A stretch of 63,853 nucleotides of DNA, counting the filler, from Choristocarpus tenellus KU-1152 (lineage: Eukaryota; Protista; Phaeophyceae): assembly GCA_964200185.2 (NCBI GenBank). It is 9 parts of 9 records of this genome, joined end to end, with 100 filler letters (N's around TTAATTAATTAA, not from the genome) between each part and the next. Parts side by side here need not be neighbours in the genome. Positions count along the whole stretch, not along the records: positions 43,775 to 48,384 come from CAXNAD020013803.1; positions 48,485 to 58,381 come from CAXNAD020003299.1; positions 58,482 to 61,064 come from CAXNAD020026551.1; positions 61,165 to 63,853 come from CAXNAD020025632.1; 5 more parts are not named here. One strand, 5' to 3'. A program made the position numbers and the translations under genes. The notes below the pieces were generated by a model. The model made no database searches, was not told the DNA's origin, and saw nothing but the letters and a program-made list of their open reading frames with translations. Position 1 is the first letter of the stretch. Every line of letters starts with the position of its first letter. Positions 47,159 to 61,465 of this stretch are shown piece by piece.

Positions 47159-47531
47159 CTAGAGTATAGGGCGGGTACAAGAAAAAGGACAGAACGGATG
47201 AGAAGGAAAAATGAGGAAAGTTGTGGAAGGGTCGACTGGGTGAGGGTAGGAAATGAGGTAATGACAAAAGTAGGGTTTTTTGAGGGAAGGGTGATATAGA
47301 GGATATCGGGGACGGGTTAGGCAAGGTATGAGAGACCTGGTAGCGTTACTATGAGGGGCTGGACTAGCTGATGATAACTTTGAGCTTCTAGTATCAGGTG
47401 ATGAGGTAGGCAATGAGATTGAATGTTCAAGTGCCCAAGTGTGATTCACAACAGGGAGGTATTTGGTTTGATAAGCAACATGACCAAGGGAGCTCCACTG
47501 TCACGATGCAATTCAGTAAATGCTAGAGAGT

Positions 47532-47773
47532 GAAAATATCTTGGAGGTTAGGAGTTTGCCCTGTTTGTCTGTTCGGCGCTTCGTTTCCCACGGGTTGTTT
47601 TATGACATTCCAAAATGTTTCAGAGTAGGTAAAATGTATACGTTATGAAAAGGTGTGTACAGAATAAGGATATTGACACTTCCTAACAAACACGATAACC
47701 AAAATTACATCAAAATTGCAACATTGGATTTTGGCCCCCAAACAGACACGGCTCTACCCTCTAAGATACTTTG
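47532..47773 (-). mobile_element. MITE type A in a flippase intron
   Basis: Reverse complement of the type A consensus, ending CCCTCTAAGATACTTTG. Confidence 0.82.
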
Positions 47774-48889
47774 ATTCAGAACACAAGCTAGATGTAGAAA
47801 TATGTTCCAAATATTGAATAAGATGTCAGGACCTCACTGGATTATGGGTCGAGAAATTATTAGTGGTCAAGTAGTGAAATTAGTAAGCGTACATACCTGT
47901 TCTTTTGAACCGAGTGCCAGCACAAGGCCTGCCTTGAAGTCTAAAGTGGCGAGGACAACTGCCTCGAATACAATTTATACTATTTTATTTGAGTATGTAG
48001 CAGATAGACACTGCAGATAATGAGGACACGCTTTGAAGCATCAGAGTGAACAAGATGAAGCATAGTGGCTGCATCACGGAGAAAACTCGATTGCAAGGGT
48101 TTTTACTAGACTAAGAAAATGTGACAAGACTCAGCAGGGGGCCGTTCCAGGTGATCAATGCATAAAGGGGGCTAGTCCAAGTCATCAGAGAGAACAAGGA
48201 GACAAGACTACGGACCAGTCAGGGTAGGATATGTTTCTACAAGGTCGGACCATGGCCATCAGCTTGGTATCCAGACTGCATCCCACACCAGCCTGTGGTC
48301 CTGGTCTCTGACTATAATGAGGGATGTGGGAGGTACTTTTACCACTTGTCAATACTCACCGGGAAATATATTGTACTCAGAGACNNNNNNNNNNNNNNNN
48401 NNNNNNNNNNNNNNNNNNNNNNNNNNNNTTAATTAATTAANNNNNNNNNNNNNNNNNNNNNNNNNNNNNNNNNNNNNNNNNNNNCGGATGGATAATGTAA
48501 ATGCACTTTTCCTGGTTTTGAATCAAATGGACACCCTGGTCTAGACCTCCCCCCCCCTCCAGATACTTTGGGTCAAAGCAGGGTATGACAGGGTATCTAT
48601 CAACAACGTTGCCAACATCTCCAGCAGGTCTTACGGGAGAAAGAAGAAAAAAGAAATGCAGTGTCACACTCACTCCATCCAATCAAATCCGAACACCACT
48701 TGTCACGCACCACACGAAGGAAAGCAGAAAGCAAGAACCATCGATCTAAAAGAAAAGAGGCAATGAGAAAAGGCAATATTCAGCAGGCAGTAGTGAGTGT
48801 GCAGGCACCCTTAACTGCTTGGGATGCCTTAGCTCCTGCCTTAGCATGACACACTTGTGAGCTGCAATAGCTTTTCTGAAATACCACTT

Positions 48890-49140
48890 GAGTTTATCCA
48901 TTCCATGAAGCTTTTTGTTTCATTAACCACACACTCGTACCAACTGCCTGTGTGAGTTTGTTATCCTTGTATTCCGTCCCTTAATTACGGGTCCCAAAGT
49001 TCTCAAGATCGTCTTGTAGTCCTGTATACCAGCTCTTCTCGTCCAGTCCATGTTGCTTCTGCTTTCCATCCTCAAATTCCTCAAACGTAAATGCCTTTTG
49101 GGAGTTGCTCCTCCCTCGTGCGTGTAACTGTCCCTGTGGC
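48890..49140 (-). mobile_element. Possible degenerate 3' tail of an RTE-like LINE
   Basis: Minus translation ..QKAFTFEEFEDGKQKQHGLDEKSWYTGLQDDLENFG resembles the RTE C-terminal G.L..G.R..G...K.W...L..DL..FG pattern. Confidence 0.35.
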
Positions 49141-52100
49141 CAGGAGGTTCTGTTTTCTTACCGCTGCCTTGCTGCTGTCACATCCATTCCAGACTTCACT
49201 AGGGCATTGTTGTAGGACGCAATGTGCGTGATCGGTGCGTTCCCTTTAGCAAAATACGATGCAGCGTAGAAAGAATTGATGATGAGATTGAAGCTTAACT
49301 TAGTAGACCCTAGTATAGTGTCGATGGTCATACAACCATACAAAACTCATATTGCTGATACTACTATTATTACTACTACTACTATTACTACCATTAAACT
49401 ATCGTATTGGTCGAGTACATACATCATGTGGGAGAACGGTATGTGGGCTCGAGTCTTTCACAAGCAAGGTAGTTGCTGTCCGTATGAGACTTTCAATGTA
49501 ACTATAGCACTACAACACGCATACCAGCAGGCACGAAAGGAGTCCCCCCGCCAACAACGCACACAATTGGAGCGATTACCTATCCGTCATCTGACAAGGG
49601 ACGTAGCTGAATAGCAGAGTAATAAATAAGACCCCCTTACGCTTCCTCCTGCCTTTTGGGGTCAAAACTAGAGTGGATGGAGAAAGTAAGGACTTCTAGT
49701 CATTAATAACACTCAGCAGAGAGCGGAACACAATAAACGCCAGCCACTTGTATGTCAAATTTGGACCTTCCAACCTAGGAAAAACTCGGGGGAGTCTTGG
49801 ATTCATCCCCCTGAATGTCACACATAAAAATTATTATTATTTATATACTCCACTATATGTCACAACAAACACCCTTGCGAAAATCAATGAGAAAACAGGT
49901 ACCAGGGTTTAAGAAGAGTAGTACTCCAGCGTATATGCTTGTGTCCCCATTAAGCTGCTTTCTAGGGAAATAGTGGCAAATATCGGACTAGCTCTTGCTG
50001 TTGTTGTTCCAAGAGGTGTTTCTAGAGGGTAGGGTGGGGAAGGGAGATCGTATATTACACCTTGTGGGGAAAGAAAGCAAGCCAACGGGCAACAGAGAAA
50101 CCAAACGATTTGTTTTAGTAGATGTCAGGTTTAATCTGTTCCGCATCCTCGATTGAACTACCTTCTTGTCCCCAAGCCTCATCCAACCAGTACTAATTTC
50201 CATATTTCATCTTGTTAATGATGTATCATTTTTTTTTTCATATGAACGTACAGAGTTCAACAAAGAGTATACGGGCAGGCAATAAATGGGAAGATCATCA
50301 CTCTTTCGCTTCCTGCAGAGCAGCAGTGAAATTTTCGCCCTTTCCAGAACGATTGAATTGATAAAAGTTTTTTTTCTCTTTAGCAGGTGTATCACCTAGT
50401 AGAGTACAGCACATAGACGATGAATGATCAATCTTTCATTAAGAAATCGTGGCTGTAGAAGAAAAAGAAAATATTACAGAAACTAGAGAGCAATAAAGAT
50501 GGTAACAGTCAATCAAACCAATAATATACACTAGTGGTAGTAGTAGTAGTAGTAGATAGACCGAAAACATAGCATAACAAAGACAAAAAAGATACACACA
50601 AGGCAAACAACCATAACAAAAGCGTATTAGAAGTACAGGTACTACGTAACAACAGTAATAATAGCAAAGAGAACTTTCTTGGAAAAGGTCGAACTTGACC
50701 GTGACTGGGAACAATCAGCTACACTCTTGCTTCAACCACCCAACCAAGAAGTAGCCCACGCATTCATACAGTCCCTGCCCAACCCAGCCTTCCGCATGCC
50801 TTACATGATAGTACCCCAACTAACCTATTATTAATAATACAGGAGGTAAAAGGAATGCCAGAACTGACAATCCCACTCTTCTTCTAAATATTTTTCCTCC
50901 TGGAGAGACAGACAGACACACAGACAGACACACAGACACACACACACACAGACACAGACACACACACACACTACGCACAACAAATATTAGTGCCACTTGA
51001 ACCAGTCAGCCGGCCAGTGGCGCTGGCCAGCAATCCTGGTGAATTCTGGATCAATATCAGACAAACAAAACCCAACACCAACAAACAAGGAAAAAAATCC
51101 TTCCTGCTCTCCTCGCCTCTCAACTCAAAACCCACAATCAATTGTTGCTGCTAGCTCTGTATGCCTGACGGACAACCTTTTCTCCACACACACAAATCAT
51201 TCGCGCACACAAAAACACGAAAAAAATGAAAAAAAATGAGAAGCACTGCAAAATGACGCGCAACAACAAAAAAACAAGAAAAATCAACAATTGTTCCCCC
51301 CTTGAGAAGTGATCATACGAATAATAATATGGAAGTCTTCAACGAGAACATGAGGCATTTTCTGTCTACCAGGTGCCGGTTACTACAACAACAATGACAA
51401 AAGATACACCCATGATATGTTGCAGGCACTAGTAGTACTCTAGCTAAGCCAGGACCAATGCAAACCTTTCCGGGCTGATACAAAGAAAAAAATAGGTGAG
51501 GTTACGCAAACAAGACATGCCCCACATATCGCACTGTCATGAGAGAATGATATCCTTGGTCTCTGGACTGGGTGACAGAGTTGCAGCACCCTTGACCACT
51601 CGCCAGGATTCCAGCCTGGCCACATCAATGTCCTCAGCCAATAAGATACAACTGGGCAGGTGGCCCTACTCCTTCCACCTACCAAGATAGGGACCGATGG
51701 TAGCTCTCTAAATCAAAGTAGGTCCTCACCCCACACAAACTCTACCCCCTAGGGGGTGGGTGTGCTTTTCCCACCTTCACTTTGCTCCCTGGGCTATAAC
51801 TGTGCCTTCGACACCAATAGTGCCAGTAAGAACAACACAAACACACAAACACACACACACACACACGCACGCACGCACGCACGCAGATGCTGCATGTAAC
51901 CCTAACCCTCACCCAACACATACGTGAACGCTGTCTCCCAATACGCTCCCCATTACAATGTCCCATCCCCTACACCTTATTCTTCATCTCCCTCAAGAGG
52001 AATTGTTCCCTGCTTGACACAATACCTGCTGTCTTCCCCACTGTACCTACAGTTGACCTCTGTTTCACGCATTAGCGTAGGTCTCATCACAGCAAAGCAT

Positions 52101-53233
52101 TCAAGTCATCAAGCAGTTTCCCTTGCAAAATCCACCCCGTTGTCTCACTGGATAACACAGTCCATCCTGAGTGTGTACAAGGTGTCCCGACACCCCCCTC
52201 AAACACACACAATACTCATACAAACCCTGACTGCCCACCAACCCCAAAAACTATCATATAGCCACCGACCAACTCAATTGAGTACCCTATCAATGGCGTC
52301 AGGGTGGCATGCCAATGGTGTGGCCCCCCTCCTCCACTTCCAAAACTTGAATATCCAATGGCATCATTCCTACCCCACCACAACCAAAGCAGGAGTGGGC
52401 AAGAGACTGTTCAAGATTGACTTGTGGGTAATATCTACTGCAGATGGGTCTAAGAGCAGCATGGTCAGCTATTAGTAGGCCCACACCTATCCTATATCCC
52501 CTTCGACCCTCGAAACCCACACTAGGGAATGAAAGAACAGTCAATCAACCTGATACAATCACAAAAAAAAAAGACGTAAAGCACACCACAAGAAGCGGAT
52601 CTTGCTTCCCTCTTCAGTCCAAGGCCAACACTATTACTAATACTTCAACAGTCAGCAAGGCATGCATCTCAAACAAAACACATTTTCCGTGTGTCACATA
52701 AACGTCTTTGGAAACGCACAACTACTGTGGTGTCAGTTAGCTCAGATACAACATACGAGGTCTGAGAGTGTCCTCAATATAGTAGGAAACTACCTAACAG
52801 ATATGCGACGCCCATATACATATCAACACATCCACCCTATTGTCCCTCTCCTTCTCCCCCCATCCTTCCTCCCACAAGAAACACATATCTGTCCATCCTA
52901 TCCACCCCATCCAATTCACCCACCAACGCCTGCCATACGTTCCTTGTCAGCACCTGTACACAAGAGCATTCCCCTCCAACTAAACACGTTCACTTCCCCC
53001 CCAGGACCCCAAACACATCACAAAACACTACACAAGACCGGACATCAACACCATCAGAGTTCAAAACCCTCTTTCTCAACTCCCATGACAACAGCACCCG
53101 GTAAAACTCCCCGAAACGCAGCAGAGATCATTCTACTAAAACACCCCACTAATTAGTATCAATGCGCTCCTGTACGTCAAGGCGGTGACCACAATGACAA
53201 CCACAAACCTTCCAGAGTCAGCCTGGGCAGCAA

Positions 53234-56200
53234 TCACGATGGGGGCCAGGCCAACGGAGGCCGGGGTAACAAAGACGAAGACACATTCCTACGTACGATA
53301 TCTCCTGCCCCATGAATAACAGCAGCATGCCAACCAGGGTCACCTGACCGCAACCTACGATGACGTCGCTCAGAAGACCGTACAGTACGAGGCTGCTCGT
53401 GCTCAGCCTTAGCATATTCCTCTCCAACGTCGGGGCTTGATTGCAGAACCCTCAGAGCAATGGCGGTTACGTCATTCTCACCGTTCTTGATGTCTCCAAA
53501 GGGGGAGACTCCTCTCGTCGCGGTCGCAGTGCCCTTGGCTTCTTCAGCTGCAACCCTGTGAGCCTCCCTCAACCTGTCAGTTATCTGACCAACCACGTAC
53601 GAGAACAGGTTGGAAGGGAGGACATCATTCAGGTTGTCCTCCATGGATAACATTTCTGAAAAAGACACACCTCCAAAAAATAGTCCAACTAGGTAGCAGG
53701 TTGCCTAAAGTGTGGCAAAAAAATTACTCCCCAAAACAGGAAGCCAAAAAAAAAGACAAAAAAAAAAGTACCTAGCCTCTGTTCATTCTTTGTCAGCAAT
53801 CCCTTTTCTGCACAACCCTAACCCTACACTTCAAAAAAAAAATCAAAAGGTGTGAAATGTGACAAGAGAGGGCCGTGGGAAGATAAGCATGTCAGAAACG
53901 CCTACTTGGTTGAAATCCACAGCCCAACTGCCGCTTCAATTATTACCTTGGAAATATTTTTTACATATAAACCAGAATCCTTCATTCCCACGACTGTTAA
54001 CAATCCATAACCAATGCCATTGTCTACTCCACATTAATCGTCAAGCTGTCAAAAGTAACTGAGTTTTCCATTATAATGGTTGTTGCCTGGAGGTCCATCC
54101 AACCAGGGGTGACTGTAACATATCACAAGCATTGCAAAATTCCTTTCCATCCAAATTGTACCATCCACATACAAAAAAACAAGACTATTTCACCAACACA
54201 ATAGCCAAGGTCGAACAGAAGGGATTGCATTTGTCTCACCATCTCAGATGCAAATTGTGTGATCTCACGGAACCTGGTCAGACGCCTTTCAACCCTGCCC
54301 TTCTCCCCATCCTGGGCACCGCAGCTGTAAGTCCTGCCCATGCTCCTACTCCTACTCCTGCTCTTCATTCTCACTCCACTACTGCCACTATTCTGACTTG
54401 CCTCCTCAACAGAAGCAAGGCTAGCGCCAGAGTTGGCCCTGGGCCTCATCCACGCCCCAGTGTGACTCCCCACCCCACTTTTTCGCCCCCAGATCATCCT
54501 TCCAACACTTCCTCGGGATGGACTCCCAACATCAACACCTCTTCCTCGAGATGTCTTTACACTCGCACCCTTTCCGCTTCCCCCACCCCCCTCCCCTGCT
54601 CCCCCACCCAGACTCCCAGGCTCTCTCTCCAATCGTCGAAACGGTTTCCTCAACAAGGACCCACCTTTCTCGCATCGGTGATTAGTACCACCAGATCGAT
54701 TCCTCACACAATCATTTGTGCTCCCAGACGTTGGAGACAAGCCAGCAGTGAAAGATCTTCTCTGAGGCGACAGCGATGACGACAATATTCGGTCACCCAC
54801 CCCCTGACTCCGTCCTTTGGGTGAACCATAGCTATAACTTCTCCCCCTGGTAACACCTCCCCCCAGTCCAGAGTGGTGCAGTGAAGCAGTCTCTCTGCAC
54901 CACGGCAGTTCCATGGCACCACTTCCATCAGGCGTGACCGAGCACGATTTTGTACCTCTTGGTACCATTGCACGACCCCATAGCGGTCGAAGGTTAGATA
55001 TTCGTCCCCTAATAAACCCTGAGGTTCCCTTGTCCTTCCCAGACCACCAAGATCGCCATCGACCCTGCGGCGATCGTCCTGGGGTAGCCGGGTTGACCAC
55101 AGACTCAGCAGCGAGAGACTTGGCACGGGTACGGGCAGTAGCAGGTGCAGTGACAACATAGGCCATGCCCCTCCTAGAAACAAACATTGATGAGCCGTCC
55201 TCTTCTTCCAACGGAGGAGGAGGGGAGTGCAAATCAGGAACTTCTCCAATCTTCGTAAGACTCAGTCCTTGTCGGAAGATACTAATTACTGGGTCACCCA
55301 CCCTCCTCCGACCATCATCGCCACCAAAAACCCCTGTGTTTTCACTGCCCGCACGACATCGACCTATACAACGCATTTCCGAACCATGAACACCCTCTTG
55401 CCCACCCTGCTCCTGCTGCTGCTTCCCCCTTCCCCAAACTAGCCCCAACTTCTGTTTCTCCTCCTGCACCTCTCCCAGCATCAGCGTTAGCTGTGTTAAA
55501 CCTCCTGAAACCGCCCCCTCAGATGGTGCAGCTCCATCACCACAGTGATGTTCCGGCACACAGTGACCAAGAACCCCAACTTCCGAAGAAGAAACAGTCC
55601 CTCCTGTGCTGCTCGACCTCTTGAAGCGGCGTGCAGTAACCATCATCCGTGCAGCCGCCACAGCACCTGCAGCAGCGTCTGCTGCCTTCCCACATGCCCC
55701 GGCTGCCATTCCGGCAGCAGTAACCCTATTCCTTCTGTTTCTATTCATCCCCCTCCCTTCTTCATCCCCCTCGCTATTTCTTGGTCCTTCATGTCCATTC
55801 CCTTCTCTGTCTTTAGGCTCAGCTTCCTTCTCCTCTACCATCACACCATCTACCAAAACCTTAGGAGAAGGCGGAACGACAGCCTTTCCTAAACAACCAG
55901 GCGAGCAAACAGCCACGGTGGTTGCCACAGGTACAGAATCGGTCACAGGAGTAGCCACAGAAGTATCACCCAGTGATACGGCATCTACCCCAGAAGTATC
56001 ATCCACAATGCCAATACCTCCCTCTCCTTCAACACCAGCATAGTTTGCACCTGCTTTCATTGTCTCTGAGCACACCCTAACATTGACACAAATCTGTTTT
56101 CCTTTCCCTCCTATTCCGCTGCCACTGCTACCTCCTCCCACACTGCCAACAACTCTCGGACTTCTGGGTGGTGTTCGCCAGGCTCCTGCGCGACGTGCTT

Positions 56201-58252
56201 TGTGGAGGAGCTGAGATGTCCCTTCCTTCCTGGCATAGGCATAGCCCTTGGGGGATAGGAAGGAAAGGAAGGAGGTTTTTACGGAACAACCACGCTGCAT
56301 TCATTACTGTTCTTTACAAATTTACAAATATATCCTTATCACCAAGAATATCTGTCCCTGTAGCTCAACTTCCCACTAGTTGAGCATGAAATTCATTTTT
56401 CGTATTACTCGGTCTCACAGCATATTTTCCCAAATTACACACTACATTCAGCCAAACAATACATCCCTTCTAACCCTTCTTCCATGCATATTCACGTTCA
56501 TCTCATCTCTCTAAATCATGTTTTCTAACAGGCCGTTTTCCTGAGGAGAGGCGTGCGGCACAAACCAAAACAAAAGCACAAAAAAACAAAATCAAGTCCC
56601 CCACCCCCATGCACACATACCTGTTCGCCAAGGAAAGTAGTCATGGTCTGGTCATGTGCACGCTTGCTGTTGATCAGGTGCTTCACAGCAGCAGCCCCTA
56701 GCTTGAAATCTGCCTGCCTGTTTCCCTTGTCCCCATCATGGGTGACAGAAGCACTTGTCCTAATTGTTGACATCGCCAGGTATATTCATAGTGAAAATAT
56801 ATACATTTATATATATATATTTATATATATACGTCAAAATCAGGGTTAGGGTATGATCAGCCATTTCAATGGAACCAAGGACCCAAGAGTAGTGCTCAAA
56901 AAAATTTCAACTAGTTATCTCTTCCTTAATATTGTGTTTAATATTAGGAAAGGCTCAAAGTATCTGAAGGGGGGGGGGGGGGGGTGGCAGCTGTCCAGTT
57001 GGGGTCAATTTTGTCATATCGCGATTTTTGTGATTTGGTTGCATACGTCAGATGGATAATGTAAGTGCACTTTTCCTAGTTTTGGTCCAAATGAACACCC
57101 TGGTTTACGCACAAACACACACACAGAGATACTTTAGGTCAAAATCAAACGTTTGACCCACAGGAGTAAATATCAATGACCATCCTTGAATTATGACAGA
57201 GTACATCATGAAAAGCTTCTAGCCCATCCCCCACACACCCACCTCATCCTATTATGTATTTTATGTAGGAGAGAAGAAAAGGGGAAGCACTTTAAGGCAG
57301 AACAAGATTAACAACTTCAACAAAAAATACAGAAAAAAATACAGAAGAGAAGGAAAAATAGGGTGGATAAACAGTAGTACAGTGTCCCTCGTATCAAGAA
57401 TAAAATAAAATAAAGGTTAAAAAGTTAAATTAAAATAATATTCACATCCTTCAGGCACAGCGACATGTCCCATCCAGTCCGTTGAAGAAATGAAAAAAAA
57501 AAACACTGGAAATGGTTAGCCCACAGATAATTGAATTTCTCACCAAGAGCTCAAAAAAAATAAGATAACACATATGGGATGAGGGGAAAGTTGAAACTTG
57601 AAACTTGAAGGGTCGGCAATATGGTTTCAAATCAGATACCAAGAGTTAAGTCACTCTTACATAGATGAATGAGCCTTCCTGGGGTAGATCGAATTCGGAA
57701 CAAGTGGTTGGGTTTATAAATATTCACATGGTTGAATGCTTTGTTAACCAGGTTGAAGCTTTGGATAGGTGAATTGATTGGATTAACATGTTGCATTTTT
57801 AAATCTGTAGATGTGTAGTCATCCCCCCTATCCCTATCATAGCACAGTTCACACCTTGACGCACTGAGCTGGGGAGGGGGGGGAATCCACGCCCCCTCCC
57901 CATCATCCTCAAACCCAGACATGTCGACGCTGTATCCACCCACAGCCTCCCACTGTCCAGTCTGTAGTGTCAAGGGCACAAATCGGTTTTCACCAGGGTC
58001 AGAGGACATCTGTTTCTTTCACTACTAACAATTTGAAGGTGAAATTCCATCAGCATTACACCTATACAACTGAAGCAACAACAAATATTCACACTCCTAG
58101 TACAAACTAAAAAACATTTCGCATGCACTCTAGGCATCCATCCCCATAGCAGCCGGCTTCCCCACCTTTGCATCAAACCTCGCAGTAGGAACATGAATAG
58201 GGGTGTACTGGCTCTTGTTAATGGTCTGGTAACCCCGAGAACGCCTCCTTCG
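53234..58252 (-). CDS. Unidentified multi-exon gene with a ~2-kb low-complexity G/S/R-rich exon; candidate exons ~58252-58165, 58009-57855, 56759-56622, 56246-54239, ~53656-53234; further possible exons down to ~49160
   Basis: 725-codon ORF 54123-56300; phase-compatible GT-AG junctions (..ARFDAK|MSSDPG..SASR|TSASV..LGEQ|GYAYARKEG..). No family recognised. Confidence 0.6.
56956..57136 (+). mobile_element. MITE type B, near-complete copy
   Basis: CAAAGTATCTGAAGGGG...GAGATACTTTA inverted termini; interior matches 4920-5085 and 48485-48570. Confidence 0.82.
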
Positions 58253-59189
58253 GGGCTTGACAGTCCTGTGTGTGCATGCGCGTAAGTGTGTGTGAGGGAC
58301 GGAAAAAAAAAAAACTGCACCTGTAACAGATCCTTCACCGGCCCCCCCCCCCCCCCCACCCCCCCCCCCCCCCCCCCCCCCNNNNNNNNNNNNNNNNNNN
58401 NNNNNNNNNNNNNNNNNNNNNNNNNTTAATTAATTAANNNNNNNNNNNNNNNNNNNNNNNNNNNNNNNNNNNNNNNNNNNNGAGATCCCCCCCCGGGTGG
58501 GGGTTTCCCCAATTCACCCTGGAAAACCCCCGCCCCAAAAGGTACCACCCCCCCCCCCCCCCCCCCCCCCCCCTCCCCAGAAAACAAAAATTGAAAATAT
58601 TTTGCACGTAATGTTTGCATGTTCAAAACAGCGACAAATAAAAAAAAGGTATGCTGATGCTCTATAGGCCAGGAAAGGCATTAGTTATCGGCAGGGACAT
58701 GCAACACACATGAATTAATCATCATCTTGGCTCTGTTCCTGAGCCAGGGCACAGTGTTTGGGCCGGGGTCATTCGATCGGCCGGTGAAAAAAAAAACGCG
58801 ATTAGAAATTAAAAAAAATTAACACATTTTTTTTTTCAAGATACATTTTTTTCTCCTTCTAGCTATATAGGGGGGACTCATAATTCCCGACGACGATAAC
58901 TTCATGCGAAAAACAAACAAAATTTTGAATTTTTCCAACACTTAAAATTTGGAATGGGACTGGAACGGTCCTAAGAACGTTAACTGTCCCCCAAGTTTAT
59001 AGGGGTGAGACAGGCACACACACACTCACAGACACACATAACACATACATACACATGCAAACAAGAAAAAATGCAATACATTAACATCAGCGTTAAAAAA
59101 CAGGAGAGGGGCAGTCTATACATATTAGACCCAAGTCAGTAATAACTGCAGTTAAAGCGGCTGTCAAAAGCAATATGTGTGAAGCCAAC

Positions 59190-60335
59190 ACGGGGTAAAA
59201 CGCGCCCGGATGGCGTGAGCAAACGCACGAGAACTTTAGCTGGCGGCAGTAATGTGCAGACAAGCAGGCAGACAGAGGCTGCTCCACCTGGTACAAGCGG
59301 AGCGGTCTCTCCCTTCGTGGACCCCTTCCCTTGTTTGCCCATCCTAATAATATATTGTGTATAATAGTCCTTCTCCATGCTGGCCCCTCCCTATCAAGAA
59401 GCTAGACACAATAGTGCGTGCGCCTATATATAATGTTTTTTTTTTTTTATATGATATCCCCTAGTAATAATAGTAGTACCAATAATAAAACACATTCTAT
59501 TGGCACAAACCGCAGCACCACCAAAAATCCCCATGCGCATACCAACGCCATCATTGGAGCAAAAAAAGAAGATCCCTTCCACGTATACACATACACACAC
59601 ACACACACACACACTGCCCAATCAGGAGTCCTCGATCGATCTTGCCACCAATACACACTCCGTCACCAAGTGTACCCGATTATCACTCCAAATACCCCCA
59701 AACATTTGATCAAAAGAATCAACTGGAGGATGCTGTAGCAAAGAGCATGCTTCCCCCTGAGGGGGTTGAGTTGAAGTGAATGCCATTGTCCCAGAGGGGA
59801 TTTTTGTTGGGGGGGGGGACGGACCTTCCCCAAACATAACACCGCCAGCTATTGATCCAGGGAGGGGGGCTAATGAGTATGACTGCAACATCAGAGGTGG
59901 GTGTTGAAGAACTGGACGGAAGCAAAGGACACACCGTCGTCCCAAGGGGGGACTGTTGAGGGGGAGGAGGTCGCCTCAAGTATGGGAACTGGTGATGTAA
60001 AACTCGCATCAACATCAGGCAATGGCGGGCCTGATAAAAGCTCCAGCCCCAGGGGTTGGATAACAACTGATTGATTTGTGTCCTACAGAATATTCTTTTA
60101 CACACGAACAAAGCATGTTGTCAGCACTGTTCATCCAACTACATGATACCAACAGCACCTGACTGCTGCACTCCATTGCCAGCCCTTGAAAATAGTCCTC
60201 TCCCCTGAGTCCAAGCATTCTCCATCTTTACCACTGGCCTTGCCTTTGCTGTCCCCATCTACAGCCCTAACCGACTCGAGGGGTTTCTCAGCCATGGTAG
60301 GCATGCTTTGGCAGTGTGGTATCCTTGCAGCAAGG
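59190..60335 (-). CDS. Probable exons of an unidentified gene
   Basis: GC-richer open stretches (~60332-60158, ~60030-59720, ~59330-59190) with AG/GT-like borders between AT-rich, microsatellite-containing spacers. No motif recognised. Confidence 0.3.
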
Positions 60336-60877
60336 ACAGTTACGACTGCAAACGTGCAAGTCAGAAGGTCAACCACAACAACCGAGGTAGACCTGCCATG
60401 TGTTTGTATATAGGTATATAGGTATGTATGTATGTATGTTTGTATATAGGTATGTATGTATGTATGTATGTATGTATGTATGTATGTATGCACGTATGTC
60501 CTAACAACACAGCACAAGAGCAAATACACCCACCTTTGTCTCCTCACACGATCACACCATCAATAAATCAATGCAATTCATAACGTGTCATTGGAACAAT
60601 CCTATCCCTTGCCCAAGCGCCCTTTTGCAGAGACCATGAAACCTCCACTTTACAATCAGAAATTATTACTACTACTACTCCGGCTGGACCTACCATTCCT
60701 ACCCCCCACTCACAACAAAAAAAAAAAACTAAAACAAAATGAAATGACCCTTCCATTCCCAGAAAAACCTAAAACGCCTACCAATAACCACAAAACCAGC
60801 GTTTACCACCGCAGCACGAGAGGGAATGTAATGACCTCATCTGGTACTAATAGCTCCCTGGCGCTACATCCCAAATC

Positions 60878-61044
60878 GATCTCAACACAAGAGGCCAAGG
60901 CCATCGACAATGATCTCAACACAGAGGCCAAGGCCATCGACAATGATCTCAACACAAGAGGCCAAGGCCATCGACAATGATCTCAACACAGAGGCCAAGG
61001 CCATCGACAATGATCTCAACACAGAGGCCAAGGCCATCGACAAT
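60878..61044. repeat. 33-bp tandem repeat (some units 34 bp), at least 5 copies, runs into the gap
   Basis: Unit GATCTCAACACAGAGGCCAAGGCCATCGACAAT. Confidence 0.95.
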
Positions 61045-61289
61045 GATCTCAACACAGAGGCCAANNNNNNNNNNNNNNNNNNNNNNNNNNNNNNNNNNNN
61101 NNNNNNNNTTAATTAATTAANNNNNNNNNNNNNNNNNNNNNNNNNNNNNNNNNNNNNNNNNNNNCATCCTCCATAGTAAGTTCCATCCTCTATTTGGTGA
61201 GAGACTGTTTAGGGGAAATTTCTACAAGATCAAAACAAGAGTACCACCCCAAACCGTCTTTATCAACGACACCAAATCCCGATGGAAAG

Positions 61290-61465
61290 TCACATTTCCC
61301 AACAAGTCCTACGTAACCTCTTGTTGGAGTCTACTTGAACAGTCCCCCTCCCAACACCAGAGGCGTAAAATATCTCCACTTTCTCCTTCAAAGCTTTCAC
61401 GATGCGGTAAACCTTGTCATATCCCACTCTTGCTGCTAGGCAGCCAACCTCCACAATATTCACGT
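61290..61465 (-). mobile_element. Possible remnant of a restriction-like endonuclease domain from a non-LTR retrotransposon
   Basis: Frameshifted VNIVEVGC...KWRYFTPLVLGGG pattern. Confidence 0.25.

Noticed and set aside
48100-48384. GPFQVI peptide as a second Gypsy remnant
   Set aside because: Single short motif followed by a stop; insufficient support.
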